DNA from: a virus
Lineage: Duplodnaviria > Caudoviricetes
Virus record (IMG/VR): IMGVR_UViG_3300017722_005389
Reading direction: 5' to 3' (one strand)
Length of the DNA: 64,000 nucleotides
The position numbers and the translations under genes are program-made. Below the pieces are notes generated by a model, which saw only the letters and a program-made list of their open reading frames with translations, did no database searches and was not told where the DNA came from. Shown here piece after piece: positions 16,459-26,682 of the stretch; positions within the stretch are counted from its first letter, which is position 1, and each line of letters opens with the position of its first letter.

Positions 16459-19400
16459 ATGGATAAAAATCAACCTATAATAACAAAGTATAAAAAGTTA
16501 ACTCAAAGGTTTACTCAAGATCATCCATATGCTCCTAAAGAGGATGGTAAGGCTCCTCTTTTAACTACAAAGAATAAGAGGGAATATGACCTTAGAAAAC
16601 TTGAAAAACAGCAAACGAAATTTTTAAGTTCTCAATGGCAAAAGGTTGATACCCATATCAAGCAAAAAGCTTTAATTTTTGAAACTCAAAGATATCCTTC
16701 GTATCTTGATTATGATCTTATGGAATATTACCCTATTATCGGTCAAGCACTTGATATCTTTATGGAAGAATCTACAACCGCAAATTCTGAAGGAAGAATA
16801 TTAAATATTTTTTCAGAAAATAAGAAGATTCAAGAGGAATTAGAGGAACTATTTTTTAATAGATTGAACATTCATACGACTCTTCCAATGTGGATACGGA
16901 ATATGCCTATTAGAAAAAATAGTATGATACCTTTATTGGATGGTTCAACAATTTCTATTGAGGAGCTTTCAAGTAAAATTAAAGCAGGGGAAGATATATG
17001 GACATACTCGGTGCAACAAGAAACTAATGACATTGTTCCAGGAAAAATTGTTTGGTGTGACCTAACAATGGAAAAAACTAAATTAATTAGAGTTACTTTA
17101 GATGATGGAACTTTTGTAGATACCACTCCAGATCATGAATATATGATGAGAGATGGTTCATACAAAGCTGCTGAAAAATTAACTCCAGGTGAAAGTTTAA
17201 TGCCTTTTTATACTATTAAAAGTAATAAAAAGAGCCATAATATAGATGGTTATGAAAAAATTTATAATCCTAAAACAAATAATTATAAATTTACTCATAG
17301 AATTGTTTCGTTAAATTTATTGAAAAATAGTGAATGGGAATCAACTTTAAAAGAAAGTGTACATACACATCATATTGATTTCAATAAATTGAATAATCAT
17401 CCCAAGAATCTTGAAAGATTAACTGAATCAGCTCATAGACTATTACATAAAAATATATTAGAAAAAACTTTAATGCGAGAAGATGTAATCCAGAAAAGAA
17501 TGGAAGGCATTGATAAATATTTAAGGTCTGATGAAAGAAGGATTAGATTGTCTAATACAATGAAAGGCATCTATCCTAACTACTTTAAAGATTATAATAA
17601 TAGTTCTTTACATAAAATTCATAATACTAATAGAAAAAATAGTATGCTTCAAAATTGGAGCGATTCTTCATATAAAGATAAAGTAAAATCTTTAATGAAA
17701 TATAATTTTTCTGAAGATTGTAAAAATATTTTAAATGAAACAATTTTACAATTTTATGGAGAATGTTATAACAAAAAAGAGCTAGTTAAATTATTACTTT
17801 CTAATACTATTTTTGTAAATGCTTTTATAAATTCTAATTCTAAATTAAAAAGGAATGCTATAAAAGGTATTAACTGTAAAACTATTGATGAAATATGTGT
17901 AAGAGAATTTGGATTAAATGTTATTGATTATATGTTACATGTTAATCCTGAAATAAAAAATAATAAAAAATATCAAAAGGCTTCAGCTATATCGAATGGA
18001 AAAATAAAAAATCATAAAGTTGTTTCAGTTGTTGAATTATCTGAAGTTGATGATGTTTATTGTATGGAAGTTCTCGGTCCTAATGGTGAGCATGATAGAC
18101 ATAATTTCCCAATTTGTTCTGTAGATGAGAATGGAAAATATAGTAGAAATGGGGTGTTTGTTTCAAATTGTAAGTATGGCGATAATTTTGTCTACATGCA
18201 AATTGACGATGAATTGGGGGTTGTAGGCGCAAAACAATTACCAAATATTGAGGTTGAAAGGATAGAAGGCAAGGAAAATGCTCGAATGAAACCTTCATTA
18301 TTGAATCAAGATGATGAAGTAATCTTTCGTTGGAAGGCTACTGATATTGCTGAATTCAAATATTGGCAAGTGGCACATTTTAGACTTCTTACGGATGATA
18401 AAAGACTTCCTTATGGTGTTTCAGTTCTTGAGAAAGCAAGAAGAATTTGGAAAAATTTGCTTCTTGTGGAAGATGCAATGAGAACTATAAGATTGTTAAG
18501 AGCTATTGATAGAAGGGTTTATTATATTGATGTCGGTAATATTGATCCAAGTGATGTTCAAGCATATGTTGAGGACATTGCAAGTAGGTTTAAAAGAAAA
18601 AGACATGTTGATGAATATACTGGTCAAGAGGATTTGAAATATAATGTAATGGGTTATGACCAAGATTATTTCATTCCAAAACGTGGTGCCGAAGATAATA
18701 CAAAAATTGAGACTTTGGCAGGTGCAACTAATATTGATCAGATTGCAGATATTGAATATGATTTGAATCAATTGTTTGCAGCTCTCGGTATTCCAAAACC
18801 TTTTCTTCAATATGATGCTGCTGCAGGTGAAGGCAAAAATCTTGCAATGATGGATGTCCGATTAGCTAAAAAGATTAATCGTATTCAACAGTCTGCAGTT
18901 CAAGAATTAAATAAAATGGCAATGGTTCATCTTATGCTCTTAGGGTATGAAGATGAATTGCATAATTTTGAATTATCCTTAAATAATCCATCTTCTCAAG
19001 CGGATGTTATTCGTATAGAAATGAAAGCTGCTCAAATCACTGCATTCAAAGATGCTGTATCCGATGCAGGAAAGGGTATATCTGCTATGTCATATACAAT
19101 GGCAATGAAAGAAATTCTTGGTATGACTGATGATCAAGTCCGTTTGAACCTTGAACAACAATTCATGGAAACTGCAACTTCTGAAGAAATCAAAGCTGCT
19201 GCATCAAAAATATCTTCTTCTACAATATTTGATAATCTTATCAAACTTTATGGAACACAAGCAACAGGTTTGCCAGCAATCACTCCTGGTGCTGAAGGTG
19301 CTGACACTGGAGGTGGATTCGGTGGTGGCGGAGGCGGTGGCGGAGGTGGATCTGTCGGTGACTTAAGCAGCACACTTGGTTCATCTGGTGGTGGAGCAGA

Positions 19401-19605
19401 AATGGGTGGTGGTGCCGAAATGGGTGGTGGAGCACCTGAAGCTCCTGCTGGTGGAGCTCCTGAAGCTCCTGCTGCCCCTGAAGCACCTGCAGCTCCTGCA
19501 GCACCATTAGCAGAATCCTGGAATCCCGAATTTGAAGAGGAAATAAATGAAAATATCGAATATCTCAAAAGAATTTCGGATTTAATTGAAAAAACAAAAA
19601 TTTAA
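16459..19605 (+). CDS. Portal protein (T4 gp20-like) containing an intein
   Basis: YPIIGQALDI..EE, spliced junction WIRNM/CKYGDNF, HFRL, YGVSVLEKARRIWK.L.L.EDAM...R..RA..RRVYYIDVGN, QDYFIP; lies between terminase and protease. Confidence 0.9.
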   Translation: MDKNQPIITKYKKLTQRFTQDHPYAPKEDGKAPLLTTKNKREYDLRKLEKQQTKFLSSQWQKVDTHIKQKALIFETQRYPSYLDYDLMEYYPIIGQALDIFMEESTTANSEGRILNIFSENKKIQEELEELFFNRLNIHTTLPMWIRNMPIRKNSMIPLLDGSTISIEELSSKIKAGEDIWTYSVQQETNDIVPGKIVWCDLTMEKTKLIRVTLDDGTFVDTTPDHEYMMRDGSYKAAEKLTPGESLMPFYTIKSNKKSHNIDGYEKIYNPKTNNYKFTHRIVSLNLLKNSEWESTLKESVHTHHIDFNKLNNHPKNLERLTESAHRLLHKNILEKTLMREDVIQKRMEGIDKYLRSDERRIRLSNTMKGIYPNYFKDYNNSSLHKIHNTNRKNSMLQNWSDSSYKDKVKSLMKYNFSEDCKNILNETILQFYGECYNKKELVKLLLSNTIFVNAFINSNSKLKRNAIKGINCKTIDEICVREFGLNVIDYMLHVNPEIKNNKKYQKASAISNGKIKNHKVVSVVELSEVDDVYCMEVLGPNGEHDRHNFPICSVDENGKYSRNGVFVSNCKYGDNFVYMQIDDELGVVGAKQLPNIEVERIEGKENARMKPSLLNQDDEVIFRWKATDIAEFKYWQVAHFRLLTDDKRLPYGVSVLEKARRIWKNLLLVEDAMRTIRLLRAIDRRVYYIDVGNIDPSDVQAYVEDIASRFKRKRHVDEYTGQEDLKYNVMGYDQDYFIPKRGAEDNTKIETLAGATNIDQIADIEYDLNQLFAALGIPKPFLQYDAAAGEGKNLAMMDVRLAKKINRIQQSAVQELNKMAMVHLMLLGYEDELHNFELSLNNPSSQADVIRIEMKAAQITAFKDAVSDAGKGISAMSYTMAMKEILGMTDDQVRLNLEQQFMETATSEEIKAAASKISSSTIFDNLIKLYGTQATGLPAITPGAEGADTGGGFGGGGGGGGGGSVGDLSSTLGSSGGGAEMGGGAEMGGGAPEAPAGGAPEAPAAPEAPAAPAAPLAESWNPEFEEEINENIEYLKRISDLIEKTKI
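16906..18168 (+). mobile_element. Intein (421 aa) with HNH homing endonuclease
   Basis: Begins PIRKNS; block B TPDH; HNH region THRIV..HHIDFNKLNNHPKNL; block F VYCMEV; ends VFVSN before Cys+1. Confidence 0.85.
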
Positions 19606-19630
19606 ATGTATTTATAGTAAAATATTTAAA

Positions 19631-20323
19631 ATGAAAAATTATACATTAGTTATACAAGGTTTACAAGGATTATTGGCTGAATCTTATTTAAATGAAGATA
19701 AAAAAACTACTACAAAAATTTTTAATCTTCTAAAAGAAAATTCAGAACTTTTTAAACTTTTCACAATTGTGACAAACTTGAGAAATGGAAGAGTTTCTGA
19801 AGAAAGCGTTGATGGCTTTATTAATGAAAATGTTCAATTTGCAAAAGATATTAATTACAAATATATAAAATATCCTTTTTCAAAAGACTTGACATCTGAT
19901 GACAGTTTTTTCAATGAAATTGGAACAGTTCTTTTTGAAGAAAAAACTGCTTTTAATATTGAGAAATATACAAATGCATATCAGAATGTTCGAAATCATC
20001 TTTTGGCATTAAATAAATCTGATGAAAAAATATTCTCAATGGCTAAATCTGTTAATGAGAATTTATCTAAAATTGATGCTGAAGATAAGGTTTTAGTAGA
20101 AAGTTTTATTAAAGCTCCTTTAGAAGATAAAAGCTCTATCTTTGAAAATACTAAAAACTCTTGCTTAGAAATTATTTCTGAACATATCTCTCAGGTTGAT
20201 GACGTTCAAACGAAAGTTAAAATGTATCAAGTGAAAGATAAAGTCCTTAATATGGAATTTGATACAAAAACTTGTATTCAAGATATTGTGAAAATGCATA
20301 ACTTGAGCAAAGATTTAAAATAA
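19631..20323 (+). CDS. Hypothetical head-module protein
   Basis: TATTTATA at 19609; helical protein between portal and protease. ORF track starts at 19586. Confidence 0.7.
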   Translation: MKNYTLVIQGLQGLLAESYLNEDKKTTTKIFNLLKENSELFKLFTIVTNLRNGRVSEESVDGFINENVQFAKDINYKYIKYPFSKDLTSDDSFFNEIGTVLFEEKTAFNIEKYTNAYQNVRNHLLALNKSDEKIFSMAKSVNENLSKIDAEDKVLVESFIKAPLEDKSSIFENTKNSCLEIISEHISQVDDVQTKVKMYQVKDKVLNMEFDTKTCIQDIVKMHNLSKDLK

Positions 20324-20362
20324 TTTTTAAAATAGTAATTTTTTTGTTATATTAATAACAAA

Positions 20363-20716
20363 ATGCTATTCAGAAATACTATTGAAGATACAAATGACTG
20401 TATAAGTCTGAAAATTGAAGGTTGGATAACACCAAATGATGACAAAGAAAGAGATTATTCAAAAGAAATTAAAAAACTCGAAAGAGAATTAAAACAACTT
20501 TCTTATGAATTTCAATCAAGAATAGGTTATTCAGAATATATTGTTGATCTAGACTTAAGAGAATCTGGAATTTCCTATGGAAAAAAATCTTATCTCAAAT
20601 GTCATTTCACTTTTAAAAAAGAAAACAATGAAATTTCTTTAGATGAATATCTGAATTTAATCAATGAATATTTTGATTCTCATCAAATATTTAAAATGTC
20701 TCAAGAGAAAAAATAA
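20363..20716 (+). CDS. Hypothetical protein
   Basis: 117-aa ORF. Confidence 0.7.
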   Translation: MLFRNTIEDTNDCISLKIEGWITPNDDKERDYSKEIKKLERELKQLSYEFQSRIGYSEYIVDLDLRESGISYGKKSYLKCHFTFKKENNEISLDEYLNLINEYFDSHQIFKMSQEKK

Positions 20717-20723
20717 ATTATAT

Positions 20724-20754
20724 AAGGGCTAAAATTAATTTTTAGCCTTTTTTT
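20724..20754 (+). terminator. Intrinsic terminator
   Basis: GGCTAAAA-TTAAT-TTTTAGCC then T run. Confidence 0.7.
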
Positions 20755-20840
20755 ATTTGGTATTTGGTATCAAAATGTTCGAAACAATTATTATTTCGAA
20801 CATTTTTAATTTTTAATGATATTTATAATTAAAATTACTA

Positions 20841-21608
20841 ATGAAACCATTGCCTAAAGGTAAAACTGGATTTGGCTTATTGATTGAAGATGATGCAGGA
20901 ATTATATGTCCTTCAGATAATACGCATTTTATTAATGAGGTAAAGGAAATTGCAAGACACATGAAAGATGGCGGATTAAATTTGAAGATCCCTAAGTTGT
21001 ATGGTGTTATGCAAAAGTATGGTGTAGAAAATCGTAACGGAAGGATTTATCCAGAAAGCATTCTGAAACGTGAAGTTGATAATTATATGAAGCTTATTGA
21101 AATGGGGGCTTCTGCAGGGCATACGGATCATCCAGAAAGTGCCATAATTTCAATCAAAGAAACTTCTATGCGAGTTTCAAAACTTTGGTGGGAAGGTCGT
21201 AATCTAATGGGGGAAATATATCTTCCAATAACGAGAGGTTATATTGAAATGGGTATTATTTCTCACCCAGCAGATAAGATTGCTCACGATATCATTCACG
21301 GATTTCAATATGGTGTTTCAAGTAGAGGTGTTGGAAGCCTTGAAAATAAAAATGGAAAAAATATTGTTCAAGATGATTTTGAATTGATTTGTTGGGATTT
21401 TGTAACAACTCCTTCAACTCACGGTTCATGGGTTTTTGCTGATAGACAGAAAGCTGAACCTTTCAAAGAAAGCTTAGATGTCAAAGGAGAATACGAAATT
21501 CCTGAAGAAGTAAACGAGAAAAAATCTAATAATTGGATGAAAGGTATCTCAGAAAAGAAAAATTTAGGTAAAATCAACAATATTTTTAACAAATTTTTAG
21601 AAAATTAG
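20841..21608 (+). CDS. Prohead core protease (T4 gp21-like)
   Basis: NRNGRIYP, GHTDHP, GVSSRGVGS, WDFVTTPS. Confidence 0.9.
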   Translation: MKPLPKGKTGFGLLIEDDAGIICPSDNTHFINEVKEIARHMKDGGLNLKIPKLYGVMQKYGVENRNGRIYPESILKREVDNYMKLIEMGASAGHTDHPESAIISIKETSMRVSKLWWEGRNLMGEIYLPITRGYIEMGIISHPADKIAHDIIHGFQYGVSSRGVGSLENKNGKNIVQDDFELICWDFVTTPSTHGSWVFADRQKAEPFKESLDVKGEYEIPEEVNEKKSNNWMKGISEKKNLGKINNIFNKFLEN

Positions 21609-21640
21609 TATATAAAAAATATTTTTTTGAAAATACAATA

Positions 21641-21648
21641 TATTTATA
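21641..21648 (+). promoter_or_regulatory. TATTTATA putative late promoter (representative site)
   Basis: Same octamer near starts at 5047, 5774, 10127, 14637, 19609, 20820, 32418 (+) and 5006, 10092, 27310, 30107, 32353, 38274, 54336, 61668 (-). Confidence 0.7.
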
Positions 21649-21663
21649 AATAAAAATACAGCA

Positions 21664-22866
21664 ATGTCAAAAAGTCTATTAGAAGAATTGCTTATACAAG
21701 CAGGCACGTTAAACGAAGAAACCGAAAAGCGTGTAAATACAAATCAAAAGACCATTATCGAAAGTACAATGGCAAACGCAGTTAAAAATTTCATTCAAGA
21801 AGCAGTAGAAGATGAAACTAATGTTGCTCCTGATGGTGGAGGCGTTATGGAAATGGGAGATATTTATGAAGAAGAAGATGTAGATATTGAAACAGGTGAA
21901 ACACTTGAAGATGAGGATGAAGAAATCGAAATCGAAGGCGATGAAGAAGATGGGGAAGATGAAGAAATCGAAATCGAAGACGATGAAGACGATGAAGAAG
22001 ATGAAGAAATCGAAATCGAAGATGATGAGGATTATGAAGAAGATGAGGAAGATGAAGAAATCGAAATCGAAGATGATGATTATGGTATGGACGATGAAGA
22101 GTCCTTTGAGGACGATGAATATATGGATGATACAACAGATTTTGAAGATGATGAAGAGGTCACAGATATGACCAATGCAAGCTTAGAAGAAGTCATGGAC
22201 TTTATTGAAAATTCTGAAGATGAAGTTGTTGTTAAAATCGTAAAAAAACCAACGTATAGCGTTAGTGTAGAACACATGGACGATGATACAGAAGTCGAAG
22301 TTAGCGAAGATATGTTGGCAGAGGTTATTTCTCAAGAACTTGAGGAAGTTGAAAAAATGAATGAAATGAATCTTTCACCTGTAGGACCTACTAAAATGAA
22401 AGATGAATCAGGTAAAGAATACGAAGTGAAGGCTATGTCTGAAAATCGTAAACTAAAAAAACAACTTGCTCAATTGAAAGCAGAAAACCGCAAATTGAAA
22501 TTGAACGAAACAAAATCAGTTGCTGCGCTTAAATCAATGATGGAGCAAAGCAAAAAACTTGCTTTAGTAAACAGTAATCTTGCATACGTATCAAGACTAT
22601 TTACTGAGCATGTTACAACAAAACAGGAAAAAGTTGAAATTTTAAAGGCATTTGATTCTGCTAAAACAATCACTGAATCTCAAAAAAGATTCAAAATTTT
22701 AAATGAATCATTGTCAACAAGAACTCAAAAGAAGAAGCTTAATGTCAATATTAAAGAGTCTGTTAATTTGAATCAGCAAAAGGTTATAAAAGAAGAAAAA
22801 GCTTTTGTTGAAGATCCTACTCAGGCAAACATTCTTCGATTGATGAATTACAAATCACAACTTTAA
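21664..22866 (+). CDS. Prohead scaffold/core protein (T4 gp22-like)
   Basis: Very acidic middle with EEIEIE repeats, C-terminal coiled coil; lies between protease and capsid gene. Confidence 0.75.
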   Translation: MSKSLLEELLIQAGTLNEETEKRVNTNQKTIIESTMANAVKNFIQEAVEDETNVAPDGGGVMEMGDIYEEEDVDIETGETLEDEDEEIEIEGDEEDGEDEEIEIEDDEDDEEDEEIEIEDDEDYEEDEEDEEIEIEDDDYGMDDEESFEDDEYMDDTTDFEDDEEVTDMTNASLEEVMDFIENSEDEVVVKIVKKPTYSVSVEHMDDDTEVEVSEDMLAEVISQELEEVEKMNEMNLSPVGPTKMKDESGKEYEVKAMSENRKLKKQLAQLKAENRKLKLNETKSVAALKSMMEQSKKLALVNSNLAYVSRLFTEHVTTKQEKVEILKAFDSAKTITESQKRFKILNESLSTRTQKKKLNVNIKESVNLNQQKVIKEEKAFVEDPTQANILRLMNYKSQL

Positions 22867-22900
22867 AAAACAAAATTAAAATTAAAAAAAATACAAACAA

Positions 22901-24724
22901 ATGAATTTACTTACTTCAAACAAATTAGGTACAATCACTCAAAACCGTGAGCGTTCTCTTCGTCAGGAAATCACTGAGCGTTATGAGAATGTAGGTAGAG
23001 TAACTAATGAGAAAGGTCAGCTTATTAAGGAAGGTCTTAACTGGCTTCAAGGATTGAAAGGACACGTTAAAGATAATGTTGCATTGCTTTATGAAAATCA
23101 AGCTAAATTGATTCTTGAGCAAACTGACTCTTCTTCAAGTGGATCTTTTGAAACAGTTGCGTTCCCTATGATCCGCAGAATTTTCTCTAAATTGCTTGCA
23201 AACGATATCGTTTCTGTACAAGCAATGACACACCCTTCAGGAACTTTGTTCTTCTACTACCCACAAATTTCTGATAGAATTGATACAAGTGTTGCTCAAG
23301 ATGGTTCTGAGCAGTCTCATTCAAGCATGTACAAAAACCTTCCAGCTTGTCTAGGTGGTAACTGTGAAGATACTACTTTTTCTGGTTGCAAATCACTTTA
23401 TGACAGATTTTATGATGATGGTCTTTTTGATCACTCTAAAGGTAAATTCTCTATTATTACTATGACAGGTCAATCTATGGTTGCTCTTGATAGTAATGGT
23501 TGTTGGATTACAGCTGCAACTCCAGTTCTAGCAACAGATGGTTCAATTCGTCACATGAAATATGGTGTAACAGGTTTTGATGCAACTCCTGGTTCAACTT
23601 CTAAAGGTCACACTGCACGTCTTGGTGGTCGTGGTGGTAAAGGTCTTGAAATTGACAACCAAGAATTCCTTGCTTCATTCACTGTTGTATGGGTTAGTGC
23701 TACTCCACTTTTAGATCCAAATGGTAACATTATTTTCCAAGAAGGTGATGTTATTCCTTACCGTTCAGTTGCACAAAAATATGGTCAAAAACTTGGTCAC
23801 TGGTCTGACTGGTGTGATGATCAAGGTACATTCTATGTAGAACTTGATTTCACTCAACCTAACGCTTCTTGTGATACTTGTCCTACTTATGATGGTTACA
23901 TTGGTGCTGCTTCTGGTACTACAATTGAAGACACTGACATCGCTTTCGCTTGGAGACGTTATGATGACCTCGAATACGAAACTGAAATGGGTGAAGTTAC
24001 TTTCACAATTGAGAAAGTTAACGTATCTGTTAAGCCTCGTAAACTTCGTGCTCGTTGGAGCCCAGAGCTTGCTCAAGATGTTAATGCTTACCATAACATT
24101 GACGCAGAAGCAGAACTTACTGCACTTCTTTCTGAGCAAATCGCTATGGAAATTGACCGTGAAATTCTTCGTGAATTGAAGCGTGGTGCAGCTTGGACTC
24201 TTCGTTGGGACTTCTTGGGATGGAAATACCAAGGTTCTCAAAAATACACTGAGAAAGAGTGGAAACAAACTCTTATCACACGTATTAACCAGCTTTCAGC
24301 TCAAATTCATAAGTCAACTCTTCGTGGTGGTGCTAACTTCATCGTAGTTTCTACAGAGGTTTCTGCATTGTTTGATGACCTTGAAAACTTCATGGTTTCT
24401 AACGGTAACATCGAAGATGACAAATACAACTTGGGTATGCGCAGAATTGGTACACTTAGCGGTCGTTACACCGTTTATGTTGATCCATATTCAAAAGCAG
24501 GTGATATTTTGATTGGTCACAAAGGAACATCTATCCTTGACACTGGATACATCTATGCTCCATATGTACCACTTCAGTTGACTCCAACTCTTACAGATGT
24601 ACATACATTTACAAATGTAAAAGGTATTACTACACGTTACGCTACGGCATTCATAAATAATAAGTATTATGCTCGTATTATCGTAGATAACATTCCTACA
24701 TTTGACACTCGTGAATTGCGATAG
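22901..24724 (+). CDS. Major capsid protein (T4 gp23-like) with Cys-rich insertion
   Basis: LYENQAK, FPMIRR, DIVSVQAM..PSG..F, RKLRARWSPELAQD, EIDREIL, GYIYAPYVPL. Confidence 0.93.
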   Translation: MNLLTSNKLGTITQNRERSLRQEITERYENVGRVTNEKGQLIKEGLNWLQGLKGHVKDNVALLYENQAKLILEQTDSSSSGSFETVAFPMIRRIFSKLLANDIVSVQAMTHPSGTLFFYYPQISDRIDTSVAQDGSEQSHSSMYKNLPACLGGNCEDTTFSGCKSLYDRFYDDGLFDHSKGKFSIITMTGQSMVALDSNGCWITAATPVLATDGSIRHMKYGVTGFDATPGSTSKGHTARLGGRGGKGLEIDNQEFLASFTVVWVSATPLLDPNGNIIFQEGDVIPYRSVAQKYGQKLGHWSDWCDDQGTFYVELDFTQPNASCDTCPTYDGYIGAASGTTIEDTDIAFAWRRYDDLEYETEMGEVTFTIEKVNVSVKPRKLRARWSPELAQDVNAYHNIDAEAELTALLSEQIAMEIDREILRELKRGAAWTLRWDFLGWKYQGSQKYTEKEWKQTLITRINQLSAQIHKSTLRGGANFIVVSTEVSALFDDLENFMVSNGNIEDDKYNLGMRRIGTLSGRYTVYVDPYSKAGDILIGHKGTSILDTGYIYAPYVPLQLTPTLTDVHTFTNVKGITTRYATAFINNKYYARIIVDNIPTFDTRELR

Positions 24725-24748
24725 TCATTTTTAGAAATAGATTGAAAT

Positions 24749-24786
24749 AAAACCCCTCTTAAGAAACTTCTTGGAGGGGTTTTTTG
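24749..24786 (+). terminator. Intrinsic terminator after the capsid gene
   Basis: AAAACCCCTCTTAAGAA ... TTCTTGGAGGGGTTTTTT. Confidence 0.8.
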
Positions 24787-24811
24787 TTATACATATACAT
24801 TTTCGATTGAA

Positions 24812-25294
24812 ATGACCAAAGAAGAATTAGCAAATAATTGGGATTTATATTTTTCCAATAACAAGCCAAATCAGTTTATAGCTCTTTTGAACTTTTATAG
24901 ATTTCAAAAGAATACTCATGAGTTATTCTGGGAGAAAAATGAATCTAAACAATTTATATTTTTAAAAACTTTATTAGAAAAATGGAAATCTATTCCTCTA
25001 ATAGCAGATAGAAAAACTATAAATTTATTTAGCTTTAGTGAAAACAGTGATGAACTTGATTCTAAATATATGCTTATATATGAATATGGTATGGTAAGCT
25101 TGATTGCTAATGCAATGGCTAATGAATTATCTGTGTTTCAGTATTGTTATTTAGATTTAAATCAAATAGAAGACCCAAGTAATGCTTATAATTTTCATGG
25201 ATATTCTATAATCCCTTTATTAAACTTTGTTATTCGAAAGCAATATTATGAAATTCTTTTGAAGTCAAATAAACTTCCCGAAGAATTAATTTAA
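24812..25294 (+). CDS. Hypothetical protein
   Basis: 160-aa ORF. Confidence 0.65.
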   Translation: MTKEELANNWDLYFSNNKPNQFIALLNFYRFQKNTHELFWEKNESKQFIFLKTLLEKWKSIPLIADRKTINLFSFSENSDELDSKYMLIYEYGMVSLIANAMANELSVFQYCYLDLNQIEDPSNAYNFHGYSIIPLLNFVIRKQYYEILLKSNKLPEELI

Positions 25295-25301
25295 ATCTTC
25301 C

Positions 25302-25643
25302 TTAAGCAGAAAAAACTACTCTTTTGGTTTCTCCTTGTTCGTTCAAGCAGAATACAGCGAACTTTCCTTTGTCATTGATAGGGAATGGTGCATCTAATGG
25401 AACATCTTCACCGTTATACTCTCCATAGCTACCTGCATTTGATTCTATGATAAAAACATCATTCTCAGAAAGCTTTATATTTCCTTCGTAAAACAAATCT
25501 CTTGATTCATTGATCAGATCACACCATGCATCTGAACCCATTCTGAAAATTGATTCTGTAATTGAAATTTTATTTTTCAAATGATATTTGATTCCTTCAG
25601 AAAGGTTAAGTTTTTTTCTATTTTCGTTTAATATGAGTTTCAT
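25302..25643 (-). CDS. Putative virion protein
   Basis: MKLILNE start; C-terminus resembles the KFAV...KxVxF motif of 26683..27297. Confidence 0.6.
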   Translation of the reverse strand: MKLILNENRKKLNLSEGIKYHLKNKISITESIFRMGSDAWCDLINESRDLFYEGNIKLSENDVFIIESNAGSYGEYNGEDVPLDAPFPINDKGKFAVFCLNEQGETKRVVFSA

Positions 25644-26671
25644 TCTGCTAATATTTTTGATACTTTCATGTTAATTTTTTTAGCTAAGTCAAACGCCTTA
25701 TCAATGTTCTTTGGAATTCCTGTTCCTAACAAGTCTTTGATTGTTGTTTTTATAACAGACTTATTAACCTTTTTTGTTTTTTTAACATTTTTTGTTTTCT
25801 TAGCTTCTTTTATGATTTTCACTTTTAAATCTGTGCTTCCTTTAATAACTCTATGATATTTTCCCTCAGGAATATATATCACTCCTTGGATGAGTTTTGG
25901 AAGCTCATTATCGATCTGAATCATCCAATCACTCTTGTTCAAAGGAATGATTGTCCTATCTTCACCATCTGTATGCCATTTTAGCTCATCTGAGGCAATA
26001 TCTTTTGAAAAGGTACGTATGACATAGTCTTTGTATTTTTCTTCGTCATATGGCATTTTTTTAACGTTTAGGTTAATGTTTGAGTTCAAAAGAAAGTCTG
26101 CCATATCTTCACCGATTAATTTTCCGAATTTTACGTCTGATAAAAAATGTGCTTTTGCTGATAATCTTGATAGACTTATTTTTTTAGCTAATGAAAGCAA
26201 ATTTTTCTTATGTTCTGGATAAATGTTTCCTAAGTAGTTTGCAATAAGATGTGATTGTAAAGAATGTCCTGATGGAAAGCTCGGTGATGTCATTGTATCA
26301 AGCATATAATTATCAATATCAAGACCCATTTTTTCTGCTAATTGGTATGGTCTGATTCTATTGTAATAATATTTTATAATTGATGATATTTTTTTTGAAT
26401 CCTTTATCAATGTTTCTATTATTCCAAAAATATCTTCATCAAAATTAAAATAATCTGAAAAGATTGAGGCGATGCTATCATACTTCATAACAAAATCCTT
26501 ATCCAAAGGAAATTTCTTTAGATTTAGAAGCTCATTTTTTGTCATTTGAAGATTATAGCAATTTTCATCTAAAAATTTTGAATAATCATAATTTTGGAAA
26601 ATGCCTTTATCTCCTTTGACAGAATTTAAGATTTCTTTAGGAATGTATGATGAATAATATAAGTTTGTCAT
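25640..26671 (-). CDS. PAP2/haloperoxidase-family phosphatase fused to a cupin-like domain
   Basis: KYYYNRIRP, PSFPSGHS, SRLSAKAHFLSD; C-terminal WHTD...IPEGKYHRVIKG. Confidence 0.75.
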   Translation of the reverse strand: MTNLYYSSYIPKEILNSVKGDKGIFQNYDYSKFLDENCYNLQMTKNELLNLKKFPLDKDFVMKYDSIASIFSDYFNFDEDIFGIIETLIKDSKKISSIIKYYYNRIRPYQLAEKMGLDIDNYMLDTMTSPSFPSGHSLQSHLIANYLGNIYPEHKKNLLSLAKKISLSRLSAKAHFLSDVKFGKLIGEDMADFLLNSNINLNVKKMPYDEEKYKDYVIRTFSKDIASDELKWHTDGEDRTIIPLNKSDWMIQIDNELPKLIQGVIYIPEGKYHRVIKGSTDLKVKIIKEAKKTKNVKKTKKVNKSVIKTTIKDLLGTGIPKNIDKAFDLAKKINMKVSKILAE

Positions 26672-26682
26672 TTTTCTATTTT

